Shown here piece by piece: positions 1 through 8,846 of a stretch of 35,779 nucleotides of DNA. Position 1 is the stretch's first letter. Each line of letters starts with the position of its first letter. The position numbers were made by a program, and so were the translations under genes. This stretch comes from an uncultured Gammaproteobacteria bacterium (GTDB lineage Bacteria > Patescibacteriota > Microgenomatia > UBA12405). The DNA lies in assembly GCA_964557475.1 (NCBI GenBank), contig CAZLAG010000001.1:7575-43353 (forward strand), in the 5' to 3' direction. The notes under the pieces are model-generated. The model was not told the origin of the DNA and ran no database searches. It worked only from the letters and a program-made list of their open reading frames with translations.

Positions 1-2
1 TA

Positions 3-455
3 CCTGATTTAGTTAATAGTGTAAAATCTGATCTTCCTGGAGATACTGTTCAAATACCCAATGTTTCTGGTTATTTTACCAATATGACTCGAACTGAAGT
101 CATGAATTTTTATAAAACTTATTACTATGGACTTTTTAGAATTAATCTAAACCATCCTCCAGAAAAAGCTAAAGAGATTATTGTCAACACTATTCCTAGT
201 TATTATTTTGAAGAATTTATTTTACCTTTTAGAGGGTCTCTTTATGTTAATGGTTTTGAATGGGAAAATGATGTTTTTACTAAACCAGAAAAAAGAATAA
301 AAAATAAACTCATTTTTAAAGAAAAAGAATATAAAAGCAAAATTACTATCCGTGAATTTCCAGTTTCAATTCCCAGTCGTCTTTTTTCATTCTTTTTTAC
401 TGAAATTTCTATCATAATCATCTTTTATTTAATAAAATCTAGCTACAAAAAATGA
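3..455 (+). CDS. 3' fragment of a hypothetical protein with a C-terminal hydrophobic anchor. The frame is open to the window edge.
   Basis: The frame of the 84..455 ORF stays open back to nt 3 (PDLVNSVKSDLPGDTVQIPNVSGYFTN-MTRTE...). The gene therefore probably starts upstream of the window. The C-terminus FFFTEISIIIIFYLI is hydrophobic. I recognise no family motif. Confidence 0.4.
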   Translation, partial: PDLVNSVKSDLPGDTVQIPNVSGYFTNMTRTEVMNFYKTYYYGLFRINLNHPPEKAKEIIVNTIPSYYFEEFILPFRGSLYVNGFEWENDVFTKPEKRIKNKLIFKEKEYKSKITIREFPVSIPSRLFSFFFTEISIIIIFYLIKSSYKK

Positions 456-1357
456 AACCTATTCTTTCAATTGTCATTCCATCTTATAACACCTGCGATT
501 TAACTTTGAATTGCATCAAATCCATCTATCAAGATAAGGGATTAAAAAACATTCCCTTTGAAATTATTGTTGTCGACAACAATTCAAAAGATAATTCAGT
601 CAAAGAACTAGAAAAACTCGGATCAAAAATTGTTCTTATTGCCAACAAAGATAATGGGGGATTTGGAAAAGCTAATAATCAAGGATTTAAAATTGCTCAA
701 GGTAACTATATTCTTCTACTTAACTCCGACACTATTGTCCTTCATTCTGCTATTAGCCAAAGTCTTGATTGGCTTTGTTCTCATCCAGAAAGTTCAATTT
801 GCACCGCTCAACTTTTAAATAAGGATAAAACTATCCAAGCCAGCGGAGGATTTTTCCCTAATTTAGGCAATGTTTTTACTTGGTGTTTAAGTCTTGACGA
901 TCTTCCCTTTGTAAATAAAATTATTAAACCAATTCATCCTCACACTCCTCAATTTTATACTAAAGACAAATTTTATCTTTCTGATCATCGTCAAGATTGG
1001 GTTACAGGCGCATTTTTGTTAACCCGAAAAAATTTAATTGATAAAGTGAAAGGGTTTGATGAAAGTTATTTTATGTATGGAGAAGAAGTTGAACTTTGTT
1101 ATCGTATTCAACAAAATACTCAAAATAATCAAGTTTGGTATCTTATTGGTCCCCAAATTATTCATCTTGGCGGTGCATCAGCCACCAGTCGTCTTGATCC
1201 TATTTTAAATGAGTATCGAGGAATTTTATCTTTCTTCAAAAAACACAAACCATTGTGGCAATATTCTATAGTTAGATTACTTTTAAAAATAAACGCTCTA
1301 ATTCGCGCTATCATTCATCTATCACCAATTTATCTACAAGCATGTTCAAAAATATAA
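452..1357 (+). CDS. Family 2 glycosyltransferase (GT-A fold)
   Basis: Motifs: SIVIPSYN at the N-terminus, IIVVDNNSKDNS, NGGFGKANNQG and LLLNSDT (DxD-like). The ATGA start/stop overlap with the upstream ORF suggests translational coupling. Confidence 0.85.
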   Translation: MKPILSIVIPSYNTCDLTLNCIKSIYQDKGLKNIPFEIIVVDNNSKDNSVKELEKLGSKIVLIANKDNGGFGKANNQGFKIAQGNYILLLNSDTIVLHSAISQSLDWLCSHPESSICTAQLLNKDKTIQASGGFFPNLGNVFTWCLSLDDLPFVNKIIKPIHPHTPQFYTKDKFYLSDHRQDWVTGAFLLTRKNLIDKVKGFDESYFMYGEEVELCYRIQQNTQNNQVWYLIGPQIIHLGGASATSRLDPILNEYRGILSFFKKHKPLWQYSIVRLLLKINALIRAIIHLSPIYLQACSKI

Positions 1358-2748
1358 ATATTTTTAAATCAATTCTAGCGATATTAATTTTATTTATACC
1401 TTTATATCCTAAGTTCCCACTTTTTAGTGTCAACAATACTTATGTTGCTATTAGACTTGATGATATTGTAGTTGCTCTAGCTGTATTAATTTGGTTAATT
1501 TTCCAAATCAAAAATAAGTTTCCTATATTTAAAACTAAAATAACTTTCCTTTTTATTGCCTATTTTTTGGCCATTATTTCTAGTTTTATTACAGCTTTTT
1601 TTGTTTATCAAACTGAAAATTTAAATATCTTATTATTAAATTTGTTCCGTCGTTTTGAATATATTTCACTTTTCTTTGTAACTTTATCTGCTCTAAAATC
1701 ATTAAAGGAGATAAAGATTTTTCATATTTTCTTTCTAATCGCCACCACTTTTGTTTGTGTTTATGGATATGGTCAAAAATATTTTCAATTTCCCGTGATT
1801 TCCACCATGAATTCGGAATTTTCCAAAGGACAACTTTTACAAATGAATGTTTGGACCAGAATCAGTTCCACTTTTGCCGGACACTACGATTTAGCTGCTT
1901 TTATGAGTGTTGCTCTAATAATCATCGGAGGAATTGCCATTATTAGTAAAAATAAATTATTAAAATTTATTAGTTTGATTATTTGGATAGCTAGTTTTCA
2001 AGTTCTAACACTAACTGCCTCTCGTGTTTCTATATTTGCCTTTTGGGGAGGTATTTCTCTTTCTTTGTTTTTATTAAGAAAATATTTATGGATTATCCCA
2101 ATTTCTCTTTTAGTTGTCTTCAGTATGTTTAGTTCAAAAGATCTAAACCAACGCCTTTTAGCTACCATTCCTGCTTTAAAAAATCAATTTGTTTCTACTA
2201 ATAACAATTCAAACAATCTTACTTCTACTCCAACCCCAATTCCAACTATTGTCGTTTCCACAAAACCTTCTGATACAAAAACTAGTACTCCAACTCCAAC
2301 AGTCGTTCGACATCAAGAAACCGAAAATTATCTTCCGGTTGATACTGATGTTGGTGTCGCTAGGTCAGGTGAAATTCGTTTCAATGCTGAATGGCCTCGA
2401 GCTATTAATGCTTTTAAAAAGAATCCTATTACTGGAACCGGTTTAGGTTCAATTACCTTAGCTACTGATAACGATTATTTAAGAAATCTTGGTGAAAGTG
2501 GCGCACTTGGTTTTATCACCTTTGCCGCTATAATTTTTTATTTCATCAAAAAAACTTTTTCTTTTATGTTTATTAAAAACAAAACCGATAATCAAAAATA
2601 TGCTGTAATATTATTTGGCTGTCTTGCAGCTACTCTTGCTAATGCAATTTTTATTGACGTTTTTGAAGCTTCAAAAACAGCTTATTTATTTTGGATTATG
2701 ATGGCTTTTTATTATCAATTAATCACTCAAACTAATGATCAAAAGTAA
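1342..2748 (+). CDS. O-antigen ligase / Wzy_C-like polytopic membrane protein
   Basis: 468 aa with many hydrophobic helices. A large hydrophilic loop is followed by NPITGTGLGS...DNDYLRNLGESGALGF, which resembles the Wzy_C (WaaL/PglL/Wzy) loop motif. It sits inside the glycosyltransferase cluster. Confidence 0.7.
   Translation: MFKNINIFKSILAILILFIPLYPKFPLFSVNNTYVAIRLDDIVVALAVLIWLIFQIKNKFPIFKTKITFLFIAYFLAIISSFITAFFVYQTENLNILLLNLFRRFEYISLFFVTLSALKSLKEIKIFHIFFLIATTFVCVYGYGQKYFQFPVISTMNSEFSKGQLLQMNVWTRISSTFAGHYDLAAFMSVALIIIGGIAIISKNKLLKFISLIIWIASFQVLTLTASRVSIFAFWGGISLSLFLLRKYLWIIPISLLVVFSMFSSKDLNQRLLATIPALKNQFVSTNNNSNNLTSTPTPIPTIVVSTKPSDTKTSTPTPTVVRHQETENYLPVDTDVGVARSGEIRFNAEWPRAINAFKKNPITGTGLGSITLATDNDYLRNLGESGALGFITFAAIIFYFIKKTFSFMFIKNKTDNQKYAVILFGCLAATLANAIFIDVFEASKTAYLFWIMMAFYYQLITQTNDQK
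2221..2307 (+). repeat. Imperfect direct repeat encoding a Thr/Pro-rich linker (TSTPTPIPTIVV / TSTPTPTVV)
   Basis: ACTTCTACTCCAACCCCAATTCCAACTATTGTCGTT (2221-2256) matches ACTAGTACTCCAACTCCAACAGTCGTT (2281-2307). Both lie in frame inside the Wzy_C-like gene. Confidence 0.6.
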
Positions 2749-3949
2749 AAGAAAGATTTTAATGATTACTCCGTATTTACCCAGACGAGCTCAGTCTGGT
2801 GGTCAAAATAGTTCCTATTATTCAATAAAATATCTTGCCACAGAAAATGATATTACTTTGATTTGTTTTAGTCGTGATGAAGAAGGTTTGGATGAAATCA
2901 AACAATACTGTAAAAAAGTTATTGTCGTTAAACGAGGTAAAACTTGGAATTTGAGAAAAGTTCTTTTTACTGGTTTTAGTACTTATCCATTTTTGGTTGC
3001 CAACTATATTAGTAAAGATTTAAAAAACACAATTGGACAAGAATTAGCTAAGGATAAATACGATCTTATTCATTGTGAATGTTTCTATTTAATGCCCAAT
3101 ATTCCCAAAACCAATATTCCTATAGTATTGGTAGATCAAACTATCGAATTTGCAGTTTATCAACATTACATTGAGACAGTTAAAGGTTGGAAAAAATTAA
3201 TCTACCCATTACTTTGGTTGGATGTTAAAAAATTAAAATATTGGGAAACTTATTATTGGAAAAATACTAATACAGTTGTTGCTTTTGGAGAAGAAGATCA
3301 AAAAATAATTTCCAAAATCACCAGTCGTTCTGATATTAAACTTTTTGACAATGGCGTCGATAATAAATATTTTGAATCAAAATCAAAAACACCAAAAAGT
3401 GCTTATCCATCAGTTTTGTTTGGTGTTTCCAATATGAAATGGATGCAAAATCGTGAATCTGTTGAAATGATTATGAAAGATTCTTGGCCAATTATTAAAA
3501 AGGCTATCCCTGAATGTAAACTATATATTATTGGCCGTCTTGCACCAGATTATTATGGTCATTATCGTTCTTCCGATGTCATTGTCGAAGAAGCTGATTT
3601 TGATGGTCAACCACATGATCCAATGTATTATTACCAATATTGTTGGACGCTTTTGGCTCCTATGGGTAGTGGGGGAGGTAGTCGAAATAAATTTTTGGAA
3701 GCCATGGCTTGTCGATTACCTATAGTTACTACTCCTGAAGGTATGGGTGGTATCAAAATCGAAAATTTTAAACAATCAATTATTTGTAAATATGATGAGG
3801 TCGCTAAAAATACTATTAATCTTTTGAAAGATAACAAGAAAAGAATTGCCATGGGTGACGAAGCCAATAAACTTATCAGTAGTAGATATTCTTACCAAAA
3901 CAGTGTTAAAGGCTTAAATCAAATTTATAAAAAAATTACTAACAAATAA
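2735..3949 (+). CDS. Family 4 (GT-B, group 1) glycosyltransferase
   Basis: N-terminal KILMITPY beta-strand. C-terminal E-x7-E type motif (GGGSRNKFLEAMACRLPIVTT). An alternative start at 2762 is possible. Confidence 0.85.
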   Translation: MIKSKRKILMITPYLPRRAQSGGQNSSYYSIKYLATENDITLICFSRDEEGLDEIKQYCKKVIVVKRGKTWNLRKVLFTGFSTYPFLVANYISKDLKNTIGQELAKDKYDLIHCECFYLMPNIPKTNIPIVLVDQTIEFAVYQHYIETVKGWKKLIYPLLWLDVKKLKYWETYYWKNTNTVVAFGEEDQKIISKITSRSDIKLFDNGVDNKYFESKSKTPKSAYPSVLFGVSNMKWMQNRESVEMIMKDSWPIIKKAIPECKLYIIGRLAPDYYGHYRSSDVIVEEADFDGQPHDPMYYYQYCWTLLAPMGSGGGSRNKFLEAMACRLPIVTTPEGMGGIKIENFKQSIICKYDEVAKNTINLLKDNKKRIAMGDEANKLISSRYSYQNSVKGLNQIYKKITNK

Positions 3950-3950
3950 T

Positions 3951-4874
3951 ATGGATCTTTCAATTGTTATTTTAAATTATAATTCTCAAGATTATTTACA
4001 AAAATGTCTTGCCAGTATCTATAAATCAAAATTGGGTGATTATAAGATTGAAGTTATTATTGTTGATAATAATTCAACTGACAACAGTATTCAGTTAGCT
4101 CAAAATTTGGTTGATAATAATCAAAAAATTACTACCAAATATTTACTTCTTACCAATAATTTAGGTTTTGCCCACGGTAACAATGAAGGTGTAAAAAAAA
4201 TTAATTCCAAAACTCGTTATGTTTTATTTTTAAATCCAGATACCATTGTTGATCAAAGCACTCTCAAAAATATGATCGAATTTTTTGATAGTGATAAAAA
4301 AGTTGATGCTGCTACTTGTTATATAACTCTGGCGTTAACTGGCAAAATGCAACCTGAGTGTCATCGTGGATTTCCAACTCCCTGGAGAGCATTTTGTTAT
4401 TTTTCAGGTCTCTCAAAATTATTTCCAAAATCACGCCTTTTTGCTGGTTATTTTTTAGGCCATTTAGATACTTCAAAAGTTCATCAAATCGAAGCCTGTG
4501 TTGGAGCTTTTTTGATGGTTAAATATCAAGTAGGTCAAAAAATTGGCTGGTGGAATGAGGATTACTTTTTTTATGGTGAAGATTTGGATTTTTGTTATCA
4601 AATTAAACAAAAAGGTTATCATTTATATTTCAATCCAACTTGTAAAATTACCCATTTTCAGGGAGTTTCTTCTGGACTTGTCAGCAAAAGCCAACATCTT
4701 TCTAAGGCTTCTCGAGAAACCAAATTAAAAACTGCTCAAGCCAGCGTTAATGCGATGAGAATTTTTTACGAAAAAAATTTAATTAAAAAATACCCTAAAC
4801 CAATTCAAAAATTAGTCATGTGGGGAATAAAATTATTAGAACTCAAACGCACCACCAAAGCCAAATATTTATGA
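3951..4874 (+). CDS. Family 2 glycosyltransferase (GT-A fold)
   Basis: Motifs: LSIVILNYN, VIIVDNNSTDNS, NLGFAHGNNEG, FLNPDT and YGEDLDFC. Confidence 0.85.
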   Translation: MDLSIVILNYNSQDYLQKCLASIYKSKLGDYKIEVIIVDNNSTDNSIQLAQNLVDNNQKITTKYLLLTNNLGFAHGNNEGVKKINSKTRYVLFLNPDTIVDQSTLKNMIEFFDSDKKVDAATCYITLALTGKMQPECHRGFPTPWRAFCYFSGLSKLFPKSRLFAGYFLGHLDTSKVHQIEACVGAFLMVKYQVGQKIGWWNEDYFFYGEDLDFCYQIKQKGYHLYFNPTCKITHFQGVSSGLVSKSQHLSKASRETKLKTAQASVNAMRIFYEKNLIKKYPKPIQKLVMWGIKLLELKRTTKAKYL

Positions 4875-6022
4875 GCAAAACAGAAAAACCACATATAGTT
4901 ATTGATGCTCGACTTTATGGGCCAAAACATACCGGTATTGGTCGATATACCAAAAATTTACTTAAAGCTTTAATTGATCAACCAGGTTTTTCTCAATTTA
5001 AATACACTTTAATAATTTATTCTGACTTAGAAACAGAAATCAAAAAAGATCTTGGTGATAATTTTGACTATATTACTACCGATATTAAACATTACTCTAT
5101 TAGCGAGCAAATATTATTACCTTTTCTAATAAAAAAACTTCATCCTGATTTAGTTCACTTTACTCATTTCAATAAACCAATTTTTTATTTTGGTAAATCT
5201 GTCGTCACTATTCATGATTTAATTAAACATTTTTTTAAAGGTCGTCTTAATACCACTAAAAATGCCAGTATTTACTGGATCAAACATTTTTTCTATTTAA
5301 TCACCACTCATATAGCCATTAAAACTAGTTCCATTATTGTCCCAAGTGATTTTTGGCGTGATTATCTCATTACCAAATTCCACGTCAATCCCAACAAAAT
5401 TACTACAACTCATGAAGCAGTTGACCCTAATTTTTTAATTAAAATTGACCAATTATCAAAGTCAAAAATTAAATACAATCCAAACAATCCTTACATTATC
5501 TATACTGGCAATCTTTATCCTCACAAAAATCCCTCTATATTAATCGAAGCTCTTACAAAACTACCTTATCTAAACTTAAAAATTATTTGTGCCAGAAATT
5601 ATTTTACTGATAGATTAGAAAAATTAATTAAAAAAAATCGACTTAGCAAACGGGTAGAATTTTTAGGTTATATTCCAGATGAACAATTTCAAGAAATTTA
5701 TGGTCAGGCTTTAGCATTAGTTCATCCTTCATTCATGGAAGGTTTTAGTTTAACTGGTTTAGAAGCTATGGCTTTAAGTTGTCCAGTAATTTCCTCAAAC
5801 AACAGTTGTCTTCCAGAAATTTATCAAGATTCAGTTCTCTATTTTGATCCAACCAACGTTTCTGAATTAGTTGAACAAATAAATAAATTATATGAATCAA
5901 TCGATTTACGGGACCAATTAATTAAATTAGGTCATTTACAAGTCAAAAAATATTCTTGGGATAAAACTGCCAAACAAACCTTTTCTGTTTACAAAACTAT
6001 CCTAAAATGCGAAACAAAGTAG
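4871..6022 (+). CDS. Family 4 glycosyltransferase
   Basis: The track ORF starts at 4820. However, the ATG at 4871 forms an ATGA overlap with the upstream stop, and MSKTEKPHIVIDARLYG is a typical GT4 N-terminus. C-terminal motif PSFMEGFSLTGLEAMALSCPVISS. Confidence 0.85.
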   Translation: MSKTEKPHIVIDARLYGPKHTGIGRYTKNLLKALIDQPGFSQFKYTLIIYSDLETEIKKDLGDNFDYITTDIKHYSISEQILLPFLIKKLHPDLVHFTHFNKPIFYFGKSVVTIHDLIKHFFKGRLNTTKNASIYWIKHFFYLITTHIAIKTSSIIVPSDFWRDYLITKFHVNPNKITTTHEAVDPNFLIKIDQLSKSKIKYNPNNPYIIYTGNLYPHKNPSILIEALTKLPYLNLKIICARNYFTDRLEKLIKKNRLSKRVEFLGYIPDEQFQEIYGQALALVHPSFMEGFSLTGLEAMALSCPVISSNNSCLPEIYQDSVLYFDPTNVSELVEQINKLYESIDLRDQLIKLGHLQVKKYSWDKTAKQTFSVYKTILKCETK

Positions 6023-7119
6023 AGTCACTTAAAATTGCCATTTTTTATGATTGGTTAAATCAATGGGGTGGAGCAGAAAGGGTCTTGTTAAATATTTTAA
6101 AAATTTATCCATCAGCTACTGTATTTACCACCATATATAATCCCAAAAAAACCAAATGGCTTCCAAAAGGGACAAAAGTTATTCCATCAATTATTAACAA
6201 ATTTTCTTTAACTAAAAAGAATAGTCTATTTCATACTCCTTTTTATGGTATTGCCTTAGAACAGTTTGATTTTTCTCAATTCGATATTGTTATTTCCACC
6301 ACTCAAGTTTGCGGCCATTGTCTAATCACTCAACCAAAAACTCTTTTTGTTTGTTATTTGCACAACACCAATCGATATACTTATCAAACACCTTATCAGT
6401 TTAGATTTTTAAAACCATTTTTAAGAAATTATCAAAAAACTGATTTTATTTATGGTCAACGTCCGGATTATTTACTTTGTAATTCTAAAAATGTCCAACA
6501 AAGAATTTTAGATCATTATCATCGATCTAGTAAAATAATTTATCCCGGTGTAAATATAAATTACTTTAAACCTTCAACTCAAAAAACTTCTGAAAAATAT
6601 TTTCTAGTAGTTTCACGACTAGTTGCTCATAAAAAGATTGATCTAGCTATTAAAGCTTGTCATAAATTAAACCAAAAACTTATTATTGTTGGCCAAGGTC
6701 GAGATAAATTTGATTTAATTGATCTTAAAAAGAGGTTAAATGACAAAAATATTATTTTTACTGGAAAAGTATCTGCTAAAAAATTACTTTCCTTATATCA
6801 AAATTGCCAAGCCCTTATTTGTCCTCAAATAGAGGATTTTGGATTAACACCTCTAGAAGCTCAAGCTTGTGGTAAACCAGTAATTGCCCTAAGAAAAGGT
6901 GGAATTACCGAAACTGTTATCGACAAAAAAACTGGCCTCTTTTTTGAAAAACAAACCACCAAATCGCTTATTCATTGTTTAGAAAAATTTAACCCAAAAG
7001 ATTTCAAAAAAATTGATTGTCAAAATCAAGCAAAACAATTCTCAACCGAAAAGTTTATGTTAAACTTTAAACAAGAAATTGATCAACTATGGCAACAACA
7101 CCAAACCACTATTTTGTAA
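6007..7119 (+). CDS. Family 4 glycosyltransferase
   Basis: Motifs: KIAIFYDWLNQWGGAERV at the N-terminus and PQIEDFGLTPLEAQACGKPVIA (E-x7-E). Overlaps the upstream gene by 16 nt. Confidence 0.85.
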   Translation: MRNKVESLKIAIFYDWLNQWGGAERVLLNILKIYPSATVFTTIYNPKKTKWLPKGTKVIPSIINKFSLTKKNSLFHTPFYGIALEQFDFSQFDIVISTTQVCGHCLITQPKTLFVCYLHNTNRYTYQTPYQFRFLKPFLRNYQKTDFIYGQRPDYLLCNSKNVQQRILDHYHRSSKIIYPGVNINYFKPSTQKTSEKYFLVVSRLVAHKKIDLAIKACHKLNQKLIIVGQGRDKFDLIDLKKRLNDKNIIFTGKVSAKKLLSLYQNCQALICPQIEDFGLTPLEAQACGKPVIALRKGGITETVIDKKTGLFFEKQTTKSLIHCLEKFNPKDFKKIDCQNQAKQFSTEKFMLNFKQEIDQLWQQHQTTIL

Positions 7120-8177
7120 TATTTTGCGGAGGCACTGGGCCTCGACTTTGGCCTCAATCACGAGCTAATCATCCAAAACAATTTCTAACTTTAATTGGTA
7201 AAAAAACTCTTATAGAACAAACTATTGATAGAGCCAAAAAAGTTTGTCCAACAAAAAATATTTTTATTGTTTCCAACCAAAAATATCAAGAAAAATTAGA
7301 AAAATTAATTGGTAAAAAAATACCTAGCAAAAATTTTCTTTACGAACCAGCTAAAAAAAATACTGCCATGGCTTATATTTTTGCCATTAGCAAAATTTAT
7401 CAAATTGATCCAAATGCCATAATCACTACTAGTGCTGCAGATCAATATATCACTAAAAACTTAAGATTTAAAAAAACTGTAAATTATGCCTATAGTTTGG
7501 CATTAAAATTACAAAAAATTATCACCATTGGTATAAAACCAACTTGGCCCAATCCTTCATTCGGATATATTGTCCCCCAACAAAAAAGCAATCGTTATTC
7601 CAATATTAGTTTTTTTATCGAAAAACCAGATTCTGATACTGCTGAAAAACTCATCAAAAAAAATAGTTTTTGGAATTCTGATCTTCATACTTTTAGCTTA
7701 AAAACTATGTTAGATGAGTTTCAAAGAATTCATCCTGAATATTATGAATTTTTTGAAAAATTAATTAATAATCCCACTCCAAAACAAATTGAACTAATTT
7801 ACAAACAATCAGAAAATCTCAATATTAATCAGGCTATATCAGAAAAATCAAAAAATATGCTTGTAATTCCAGCAGAATTTGATTGGAGTGATGTTGGTGA
7901 ATGGAAATCTATTTATAGCAAACTCGATAAAGATCAAAACGGAATTGCCACTCTAACCAAAGATATCGATCATTTAGAAATTAATTCAAAAAATTGTTTA
8001 ATTTCTACTTCAAAAAACAAACTTGTTAGTTTAATAGATGTTAATAATTTGGCGGTTATTGACACACCAGACGGTTTATTAATTTGTAATATCGCTCATA
8101 ATGGTAGTGCTAAAGTACGAGACATAGTTTCTCAAATTGTTAAAAAGAAAAAATTAAAAAAATATTTTTTAAGCTAA
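7089..8177 (+). CDS. Mannose-1-phosphate guanylyltransferase-like sugar nucleotidyltransferase (short ManC type, no cupin/PMI domain)
   Basis: FCGGTGPRLWPQSRANHPKQFL matches the ManC/CpsB G-G-x-G-x-R-L-W-P-x-S-R...PKQF signature. WSDVGEW lies near the C-terminus. Overlaps the upstream gene by 31 nt. Confidence 0.8.
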   Translation: MATTPNHYFVIFCGGTGPRLWPQSRANHPKQFLTLIGKKTLIEQTIDRAKKVCPTKNIFIVSNQKYQEKLEKLIGKKIPSKNFLYEPAKKNTAMAYIFAISKIYQIDPNAIITTSAADQYITKNLRFKKTVNYAYSLALKLQKIITIGIKPTWPNPSFGYIVPQQKSNRYSNISFFIEKPDSDTAEKLIKKNSFWNSDLHTFSLKTMLDEFQRIHPEYYEFFEKLINNPTPKQIELIYKQSENLNINQAISEKSKNMLVIPAEFDWSDVGEWKSIYSKLDKDQNGIATLTKDIDHLEINSKNCLISTSKNKLVSLIDVNNLAVIDTPDGLLICNIAHNGSAKVRDIVSQIVKKKKLKKYFLS

Positions 8178-8178
8178 A

Positions 8179-8817
8179 ATGAAAAAACAAATTTTCCAAA
8201 TATTTAAAAGAACCATTGATATTGTTGGATCTTTAGTTCTTTTAATCATATTCTCTCCAATCATGTTGGTAACCATGGTACTGGTTAAAGCTAGCTCTCC
8301 AGGCCCTATTTTTTTTAAACAAAAAAGAGTTGGTAAAAATAGTCATCAATTTTGGATGTATAAATTTAGATCTATGTATACCGGTGATAATGATAAAAGA
8401 TTAAGAGAAAATTACCCAGAACTTTGGAAAAAATATAAAGAAAATGGTTGGAAATTAGAAATGTCTGAAGACCCTCGTATTACACCTATTGGTAAAAAAA
8501 TTAGATCATTAACCATTGATGAATTTCCTCAATTAATCAATGTCTTAAAAGGGGATATGAGTTTGATTGGCCCTAGAGCTTATCGAGAAGAAGAACTTCA
8601 AGAACAAGAAAAAAAATACCCTAAAACTAAAAAATATATTAATATTATTAGGTCAGCCAAACCTGGAATTACTGGTGTTTGGCAAACTTCCGGTAGGAAT
8701 GATATTTCTTTTGAACAAAGAGCCAAAATGGACGCCAATTATATTAAAAAACAGTCTTTTATAGAAGAAATAACTATCATCATAAAAACTCCGCTCTCTA
8801 TGTTTTCCAGGTGGTAA
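8179..8817 (+). CDS. Small monotopic phosphoglycosyl transferase (bacterial sugar transferase, PglC/WcaJ C-terminal-domain type)
   Basis: Motifs: KRTIDIVGSLVLLIIFSPIML, PGPIFFKQKRVGKN, YKFRSM, DPRITPIGKKIRSLTIDEFPQLINVLKGDMSLIGPRA. Confidence 0.9.
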   Translation: MKKQIFQIFKRTIDIVGSLVLLIIFSPIMLVTMVLVKASSPGPIFFKQKRVGKNSHQFWMYKFRSMYTGDNDKRLRENYPELWKKYKENGWKLEMSEDPRITPIGKKIRSLTIDEFPQLINVLKGDMSLIGPRAYREEELQEQEKKYPKTKKYINIIRSAKPGITGVWQTSGRNDISFEQRAKMDANYIKKQSFIEEITIIIKTPLSMFSRW

Positions 8818-8846
8818 TTTTTGAAAATTTTGTTTAAACTTATCTT

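Noticed and set aside
630-818. Short same-strand, out-of-frame ORFs nested in larger genes: 630-818, 1755-1946, 2189-2446, 3531-3725, 4543-4728, 8567-8764, 11788-11994, 12007-12261 and 19610-19819.
   Set aside because: Each lies entirely inside a longer ORF with clear family motifs. Their translations are low-complexity Leu/Ile/Lys/Phe-rich strings, as expected by chance in AT-rich DNA. None has a start context or recognisable motif.
4820-4870. An upstream extension of the third glycosyltransferase (MGNKIIRTQTHHQSQIF...).
   Set aside because: It lies wholly within the 3' end of the preceding GT2 gene. The ATG at 4871 gives a canonical ATGA coupling and a typical GT4 N-terminus.
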